Notes under the pieces: generated by a model
Told to the model about the DNA's origin: nothing
The model's database searches: none
What the model saw: the letters and a program-made list of their open reading frames with translations, nothing else
Translations under genes and position numbers: made by a program
From: Octopus vulgaris
Taxonomy: Eukaryota
Length of the DNA: 64,000 bases
Reading direction: 5' to 3'
NCBI GenBank assembly: GCA_951406725.2
Contig: OX597823.1
Coordinates: 92,814,001-92,878,000, forward strand
Part shown: piece after piece, positions 55,196 to 64,000 of the stretch
How the letters are laid out: each line of letters starts with the position of its first letter
Position numbering within the stretch: the stretch's first letter is position 1

Positions 55196-55561
55196 AAGTT
55201 TATATGTATGTATCCGTCTATATAATAGGTAACTGCACGTACATATACTTAATATTTATTATTTATTTTTTGAATATGCATGTATGAATAACTGCGCGTA
55301 TATATATTTTACTATTTACTTATTTTTTGAGTATGCATGTAAGTATGAATATAAGGAGGTGCGTGTGTGTGTGTGTATGTGTAAGCATAGATATATGTAT
55401 ACTTTTACGCATGTGTGTACTTATGTGTATATATGGATGCGCGTGTGTGTGTGTGTGTATGGGTACGCATGTACATGTGTATGTGCGTGTATGTGTATAT
55501 GAGTATGTATGTATGTGTGTGCGTATATTTGTATATGTATGTATGTATATGTATGTGTGTG

Positions 55562-55608
<47 letters not shown>

Positions 55609-55878
55609 ATATGTATGTATCTATATGTATATGCGTATGTGTATGTATTTGTATGTGTATGCATGCGCGTATATATATGTATGTATATGTATACGTGTGG
55701 GTGTGTGTATGTGTATAAATGTATGTATGTATGGATGTATGGATGTATGTATGTATGTATACGTATGTATGTGTATGTGTGTATATGTATGTATGTGTAT
55801 GTGTGTATATATGTGTATATATGTGTATGTGTGTATATATATATATATATGTATATATATATGTGTATATATATGTGA

Positions 55879-55912
<34 letters not shown>

Positions 55913-56500
55913 ATTTGTATGTAGGTGTATATGTATGTGTGTGTATATATGTGTGTATGTGTATATATGTGTATATAGGGACTAGTGTGCTGTGTGTGCA
56001 TGTGTGTGTGTGGATATGTGTGTGTATGCGTGTATGTGAGTATGAGTGTGTATGTGTATATATATTTTTCTGTGTGTATATGTATGTGTGGTCGTGTCGT
56101 GTGTGTATACGTGTATGCATGTGAGTGTGTGTATGTATACATATATGTGTATGTGTAGATATGTATATGTATGTGTAAGTGTATGTATATGTATATATGT
56201 GTGTGTGTATGTATGTGTGTATGTATATGTATATATGTTTGTATGTGTGTGTATATATGTATACATATGTGCATAGGTATAAGTGAGAATCTCCTTATTT
56301 ACCTAAAACTCTATTCCCTTTTTTTATATATATATATTTTTTAATTTTTTTTATTTATTCTTCTATCAAATTTAACACTGACTCCTTGACCACTCCCCCA
56401 AGTATGATATTTTGCGCTATGCCTACCCCCAAAAATTCCCCCACCAACACCCCTTTAAACCTGCCTAAATGTATAAATGCCAATACAATTCTTGTTAACT

Positions 56501-56551
56501 AGCTTCCTGAAGATTTCTCTTGAATGAAACAGTTCTAGTCCTGTAGAAGCT
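56501..56551 (+). ncRNA. type I hammerhead ribozyme in pLTR
   Basis: AGCTTC-CTGAAGA-T-TTC(TCTT)GAA-T-GAAA-CAG(TTCTAGTC)CTG-TA-GAAGCT. GUA triplet, with a U-U mismatch at the base of stem II. Confidence 0.75.
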
Positions 56552-57017
56552 CCTTCTATATAATAAATTAATTTTACTCTGCTATGTATTGAGTACCTTA
56601 TTTACTGTGGTTAACCCCGAATCAACCCGGGACCTACATATATATATATATATACAACAGCCTTCTTTCAGATTTCGTCTACTGAATCCACTCGCAAGGC
56701 TTTGGTCGGTGCAAGACAAGAATATATTTGCCAAAGATGTGACGCAGTGGGAGTGAACCCGGGAGCGTGTGGTTGGGAAGCAATATTCTTATCACAGCCA
56801 CACCTGCAACTGCTGTTTTCATGCTGTGTGTGTGTGTGTGTGCAGGTGTGTGTGAGTATATGTGCGTGCATGTGTTTGCATGTGTGTATTTGCATATGTG
56901 TGCGAGTGTGTTTGTGTGTGTATGTGGATGTGTGTGTACGTGTGTATTTGTGTGTGTGAACGTGCGTCTGTGTAACAAGTGAGATATATTAGTATATTAC
57001 TGGTATTTCTGGTTTAG

Positions 57018-57098
57018 AGATCTGTGCAATCAGAAAACAAATCGAACGTTATTGGTGCGGAATTACATTATAAGGAGATGGAAATAATTCCTGCATAG
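57018..57098 (+). CDS. candidate terminal exon, copy 2 (RSVQSENKSNVIGAELHYKEMEIIPA*)
   Basis: Follows acceptor TTTCTGGTTTAG. Paralogue of 28520-28600. Confidence 0.3.
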   Translation, partial: RSVQSENKSNVIGAELHYKEMEIIPA

Positions 57099-57624
57099 AA
57101 CTTGACCCAGGGCTACTGAAGCTATGCAGCAATATGTTTCACTAACAGTCCGTGTAATTAATCAAAAATCACTAATTGATAGGATTTTCGTGTGTGTGTC
57201 AGTGTGTGCGTGTTTATGTGTGCGTGCGTGTGTGTATCTAGAACAATATGGCTGCTTAAAACATTGGTTTAGTTTAGTCAGTGCTATCCTTTCAAAATCA
57301 CTAACGATAATGTCTAGAAGAACCGTAAAAGTTTTGCACTGGCAAAAACCAGTCATGAATCTGGAGTGGTGTCCTGAGAAACGAGTTAAGAAAGTACTGT
57401 CCCTGTTGTTAACTAATAAACCAAACCGTGATTAGTGTTGACCTATTACAATATGTTATTTGGGGAGTTTTTTTTTTTCTTTCTGTCAGTATTTGTCCAT
57501 GAGATGCGTCTACATCCGAGAAGATTGTTATCACCTTGCAAAGAAGAAACAGAATTGAAACCCATCGAGCATTTGTATAAAACGAAACCAGTGAGATGAC
57601 AAAGGCTGAGGTCTTTTATAGTCA

Positions 57625-57929
57625 CCAGTACTACTACTAATACTACGGCTGCTGCTGCTACTGCTACTGCCACGGGCAATGCAGCCGCCTCCAGTCGCTG
57701 TTAATGATATAGCTAAAAATATTACATAAGTTTACCCACTCCTCCTCATACTACTACTACTACTACTGCTACTACTGCTGCTGCTACCACTACTACCTCC
57801 ACAACTACCAATAATACTACTGTTGCTACCACTACTACTACGACTATTACAACCACTGCTACTACTACTTCAACCATTACTACTGATACGACTGCTATTA
57901 CTACTGCTGCTACTACTACTACGGATACA

Positions 57930-57982
<53 letters not shown>

Positions 57983-58345
57983 AGCTACTACCACTACTAC
58001 TACTACTGCTGTGGCTACTGCTGCTGCTACCACTATTACAACCACTGCTACCACTACTTCAACCATTACTACTACTATAACTACTAATACTACTGCTGCT
58101 ACTACTACTACTACTACTACTACTACGACTACGACTACTACTACTGCTGCTGCCGCTACTACCACTACTACTACTACTGCTGCTGCTGCTACTGCTGCTA
58201 CTACTACTACTAATACTACTACTACTATTACTACTCTTACTTCTACGACTACAACTACTGAAGTTGCTGCTGTTTCTACTTTTGGTGCTACTGTTGATGC
58301 TAGTGATGCTGCAACTTCTGCCACTGGTGCTGCCCCCCCCCCCCC
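57625..58345. repeat. degenerate (ACT)/(GCT)n mosaic
   Basis: Direct reading. Confidence 0.9.
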
Positions 58346-58527
58346 ATGTGACATTAAAATCACTTCTGCCTTCTTTCTCAGTAATATATCATTTCTCTTT
58401 CATTTGCAAAACATATTTCATGATGTCTAATTAGTATTCTGTAAAACAAAAATAGGGAAACAATACACAAACGGAATCTGCATACGATCGCTAATCAAAT
58501 TCACTAATTAATACATACATACATAGA

Positions 58528-58566
<39 letters not shown>

Positions 58567-58602
58567 GAATACATACATAAAACATACAAATCTGCACATA
58601 TA

Positions 58603-59082
<480 letters not shown>

Positions 59083-59815
59083 TTAATGACATACCAAGAT
59101 TTTGCCTCTTAGATCTCTGGCAAAATCATTCTTGTAACGTTTTAACTCCTTTCATAAACTATAATTTTAAATATTTATATATGTGAAAATGGCTTACAAA
59201 CATTTTGGTTAAATCCTTGTATTCACTCTCCAAGAAAGCAAAGTGATATGCAATAAATTATCTTCGAAGCATTTACCATATTAGACTTACAATGAAACAA
59301 TTCATCCATGCTCTAACATTCACTATGAAACATATATATAAAAACAAGCAAAACGACACTTTTCCTTGATATTTAGATGTTACACATTTTTTGTTCAGCA
59401 ATCCAATGCAACTTTTAGTGATGTTGCCAATCTTGTAATCTTATTCAGAAATTGCTAGTCAGGAATTTTGAATGAGACTGCATCTTAATCTCTTTCGAAT
59501 TTGGTTAGAATACAGGAGGGTTAGATTCAGTAGCATATCAATGAATGTATTAGAGAATTATGTAAGATTATTTACCTAAGTATTGGTGATCCACCACCAT
59601 TAATCTTTCCATTTCCTTGTAACTGGATTACGCGTTGAATTCTTTTAAACAGAAGTGAGAATTTTATGCACTGGAATATATCATTGTCTGAACCGATATT
59701 GTTGAATACTTACGCTTTGTTCTAAGAAAAAAAACATGTCTTTCATACGTTGTTTTATCATAAACTTATGTATGTGTGTGTGTGTGATTGTATATCTATC
59801 TATCGATATATCTAA

Positions 59816-59847
<32 letters not shown>

Positions 59848-59861
59848 TCTATCTAACAATA

Positions 59862-59988
<127 letters not shown>

Positions 59989-60300
59989 GCATATATATAT
60001 ATATATACAAACACTGATATACATAACTTTGTATATATATATATATATGTGGTTATATTCTTATACATGTCTATGCGTGTAAGCATATATATAATATGTA
60101 TATGTGTGTGTATCGTTGTGTTTGTATGTCCCCATCACCGCTTCATAGGTAGTGTGGGTTTGTTTACGCCCCTTGACTTTGTGAAAAAATAGTAGTGGCG
60201 ACAGTCCATTCGAATAAAAATCTTCAATACGATGAACCAATATGGCCGCACTCTGAAATAAATAAGTGATACAGAATGAATGATATGTGTGCGTGTGTGT

Positions 60301-60371
<71 letters not shown>

Positions 60372-60487
60372 ATATAAATAAGTATAAGATCGTTAATTTT
60401 AAAATAGAATAACGATTATATGAAGTGGTCAGCATGGGAAAAAACCTTCAAAGGTAATAATTATTAAAATTATATACATATACATAC

Positions 60488-60558
<71 letters not shown>

Positions 60559-60892
60559 GTGTGTGTGTGTACACACTTTTATTCCCCCCTTACTTTTCCC
60601 TTTTTCTTTTTCTCACTCCCCCTCTCTCTCTCATATGTCTTGGCCCTCTCTTTCTTTGGCTCCCACTACTTGTCACTCGTTTTCATCTCCCCTGTACCTT
60701 TCTCCTTGTCTGTTTTTTTTATAATCCTTCCATCCCGCTGACCTCTACCCATCTCTCCTCCTTCCACGTGACCGGTGTCTGGCCAGCCATGATCTTTCTT
60801 TCTTGGACTGACTGCCGACCCTCAACACCTCTGGTGTCCATCTCCCATGTTCTTGCCTTTAGTTTTTTCACTTCATACACGCCAGCCCAGTT

Positions 60893-61199
60893 TCATTCTT
60901 TGTAAGCCTAGTACTTATTCAATCAGTCTCTTTTGCCCAAACGCTAAGTTACGGGGATGTAAACACACCAGGATCGGTTTTCAAGCGATGTTGGAGGGAC
61001 AGGCACAGACACACACATATACACACACATACACATACCTATATACATATATACGACGGGCTTTCAGTTTCTGTCTACCTAAATCCACTCACAAGACCCG
61101 AGGCTATAGTAGAAGAGACTTGCTCAAAGTGCGTTGCAGTGAGACTGAACCCGGAACCATGTGCTGGTTAAGCAAGCTACTTACCACACGGACACTCCA

Positions 61200-61204
<5 letters not shown>
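60893..61204 (-). mobile_element. SINE family A (3' tail missing)
   Basis: Homology to 203-560. Confidence 0.75.
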
Positions 61205-61251
<47 letters not shown>

Positions 61252-61535
61252 ATATATATATATATATTTGTATGTATGTATGTATGTATGATATGCGATA
61301 TATATATATGATAGATATATATCGAGGTACATATTATGCACGGGGATTACCTTATTATCTCTCAGTTAGGTTGCCGTTAACGGCTAACGAATACAGTCAG
61401 TATCTAATATCTAATGTCTGTGTCTACATTTAGTTTTTAGTCACTCCATCAATTCTTCCGATTTTTTAATTTCGATGTCATCTTCATTGGACGGCATAAT
61501 TTGTCTTGACTGTATATTGATAATAATAATAATAA

Positions 61536-61632
<97 letters not shown>

Positions 61633-62076
61633 AAAGAGTATGGAGACTTGTACATCCACAGAATTGATTTAATCATTATATACACCGTATTATAATGTCC
61701 CATGCATGTTTCTGCTGCAGCAACTAATTACTGTTGCAAGTGCAACCTTGCACTAATATCGGTGCAGATTCACCAAGCAACACCTACCGACAACATTACA
61801 AAATTGCATTAGCAGCCAGTAACTGCTGCAGCGGAAACTCATTTAGACCATTATAATATATGCTGTATATTAACGATAAAATCAATTTTGTGGACGTACA
61901 AGTCTTTATTCTCTTTATTAATAAAAACAAGAATACTTATATATATTCACTCACAAAATTGTGGTCAGCCCGAGGCTATACTAGAAGACACTAGCTCAAG
62001 ATGCCACGCATTGGGACTGAACGCGGAACCATATGGTTTGGGATGCAAGATTCTTACCACACAGCTATATATATAA

Positions 62077-62399
62077 AATTAGAAAAAAACACCTTTTATC
62101 AATTCAAAATGAACAATTAAATGACACCATCTAGAAAATTACATATAATAGAAATATTAAAATTAAAATAACAATAAAATATCAATGATTAAGTAAATTG
62201 CAAGAAAAAATAAAAACATATATAATTGTTATTCTACCAATTATAAACGTTTTTACTATTTCTTAATTTTTTTTTTGGCAATTTACTTAATCATTGTTTT
62301 TTTTATTGTTATTCTAATTTTTATATTTCTATTATATGTAATTTTCTAGATGGTGTAATTTAATTTAATTGTTCATTTTGAATTGATAAAATGTGTTTT

Positions 62400-62440
<41 letters not shown>

Positions 62441-62514
62441 GTGAAATTTGATTTAGATCTTCTAACTTGAATTTTTCTTTACCTGTAAAGTTTGGATTAA
62501 TATTCCCTGAAATA

Positions 62515-62520
<6 letters not shown>
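62077..62520 (+). mobile_element. fold-back element, copy C
   Basis: Close relative of 23795-24186, with the same tail. Confidence 0.85.
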
Positions 62521-62590
<70 letters not shown>

Positions 62591-63607
62591 TATTTGTTAT
62601 AGACGATTTGCAGCTATATTCTGCTCTAAACCGCTGTTTGTCTTTGAAAGTTTGATAAAGTCAGGATACGGTGAATGTGCCTATTATGTCTCAGTTCTTA
62701 TTTACCTATCTTTCATCGGTGTTATTTCACCCGCTTTTACTCCACACATTCATGTTACTGCTTTTATCGCTTCGCTAAATAATATATTTCGTCTATTATA
62801 CCTCTGAGTATCATACCCATTTCTTGTCATCATTTATTCAAAAACGAAAATAGATATAGCTTTATCAATGCAATGGCCGTTATCGTTATTGCATGTTAAC
62901 TTTGTACATTCATTGTTCTGTATTGTATTTATGCTACTCCGGTCTATGATGATTCATTAATAGCATAAATATGGACATATTACCGCATATCACACTGCTG
63001 CAGTTCAATATATCTGAAAAGGTCTCTCTGACAGAGGCGAAAATTAAGATGGATGTGCGCTGCTCATGAGGAAGAAAATATAACTAATCTCCGTTGCATA
63101 TTCTTGGAACTTGAGCTAATTTTCTACCCCAATATAAATTCCATTCATGTATTTTGACATAATTCAATACCATCATTCACTTATCTTAAATGTACATGAT
63201 CTTTTCTCGTCGATACAGAAATTGCTGCAGCATTTTCCTTAACAAAAAGTTCAACGCCATCTTAAACACCAAATGGTATGACTACTTGGGCAATAGATGC
63301 TGTCTAAGGAAAAGCCAGCAGTCGAAGCATAGAATCAACAGTGGTGAAAGAGCATCAACGCTGGTAAGATCATAAAGATATCAGGGAATAACGTTGAATG
63401 AACACCCGAGTAAAGAACGTCAATTCCAATGTGACAAGACCACCAAAAAATCAGTTTTCAGAATAGCTTGAATTGAATAAAATAGAAAAAATACGTGGAA
63501 AGTGCCCCTACATCGCAACCTTCTATTACCGCCTGGTATTCTTTGAAGTCATCCGAAGCAAAAACTCAAAGAGAAACGAAAATGATGTAAAATGCATCAA
63601 CAGCTAT

Positions 63608-64000
63608 GGGATCTTTTCGGTTTGAACGGCAGTTTTTAAAAATAATTTCTATGCAACTAAATACTTTTAAACTTCGTAAACTGGTAGAATGTGCTTATAA
63701 AACAGATTTTTCTCTTGGCTATATTGAGAAAATTCTATAGTTTGTAAGATATTTGTTGTTTTTTTTCTTCAATTTCTGCAATTTTGACCAATCAATGACG
63801 TCTATTAAGGTGAAAACATTCTGTGCCGTATGAATATGTCCCTCGTTTAAGAAACAAATTTACATTTCTGAAGAAAAAAGATACCCTTCCCCCTAACCCT
63901 AACCCTAACCCTAACCCTAAAACAGATTTAAATGCAATAGATCGATACTAGGGTCATAATTATGGATCACAATTTCATATGACACCGCTAGAAAAAAACT
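63608..64000. mobile_element. putative MITE-like element carrying internal (CCCTAA)5, runs off the window
   Basis: Abrupt start GGGATCTTTTCGGTTTGAACGGCAG, with telomere-type hexamers at 63891-63920. Confidence 0.4.

Noticed and set aside
54091-56276. Many YI/HT/VC-rich ORFs up to 298 aa
   Set aside because: Dinucleotide mosaics lack stop codons by composition and lie within the PLE pLTR.
57746-58430. Mucin-like Thr/Ala-rich ORF
   Set aside because: Degenerate ACT/GCT repeat with no signal peptide or convincing splice structure. It cannot be excluded without RNA data.

Overview
AT-rich, repeat-dense animal genomic DNA. The SINE, microsatellite and LINE content looks like an octopus or other coleoid cephalopod (inference). 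No intact host gene is recognisable, and most ORF-track entries are microsatellite translation artefacts. The window holds four tRNA-derived SINE families and decayed LINEs (CR1-like, R4/Dong-like, HERO-like, RTE-like). It also holds several Penelope-like elements (PLEs, two Naiad-like), a full-length decayed Chapaev3-like DNA transposon, Tc1/mariner relics and Helentron-like non-autonomous elements. The most striking signal is a set of hammerhead ribozymes (HHRs) read directly from the sequence. The best case is a young, ORF-less 475-bp tandem repeat (34899-35966) with one intact minimal type I hammerhead per unit, a retrozyme-like locus predicted to release a 475-nt self-cleaved, possibly circular RNA. 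Further HHRs lie at 34186, 45171, 51945 and 56501. Other observations include a fold-back element family with PLE-like architecture, a SINE/LINE shared 3' hairpin with compensatory changes, a SINE/Helentron-like shared terminus and a duplicated candidate terminal exon. All alignments, folds and family assignments were done by eye.
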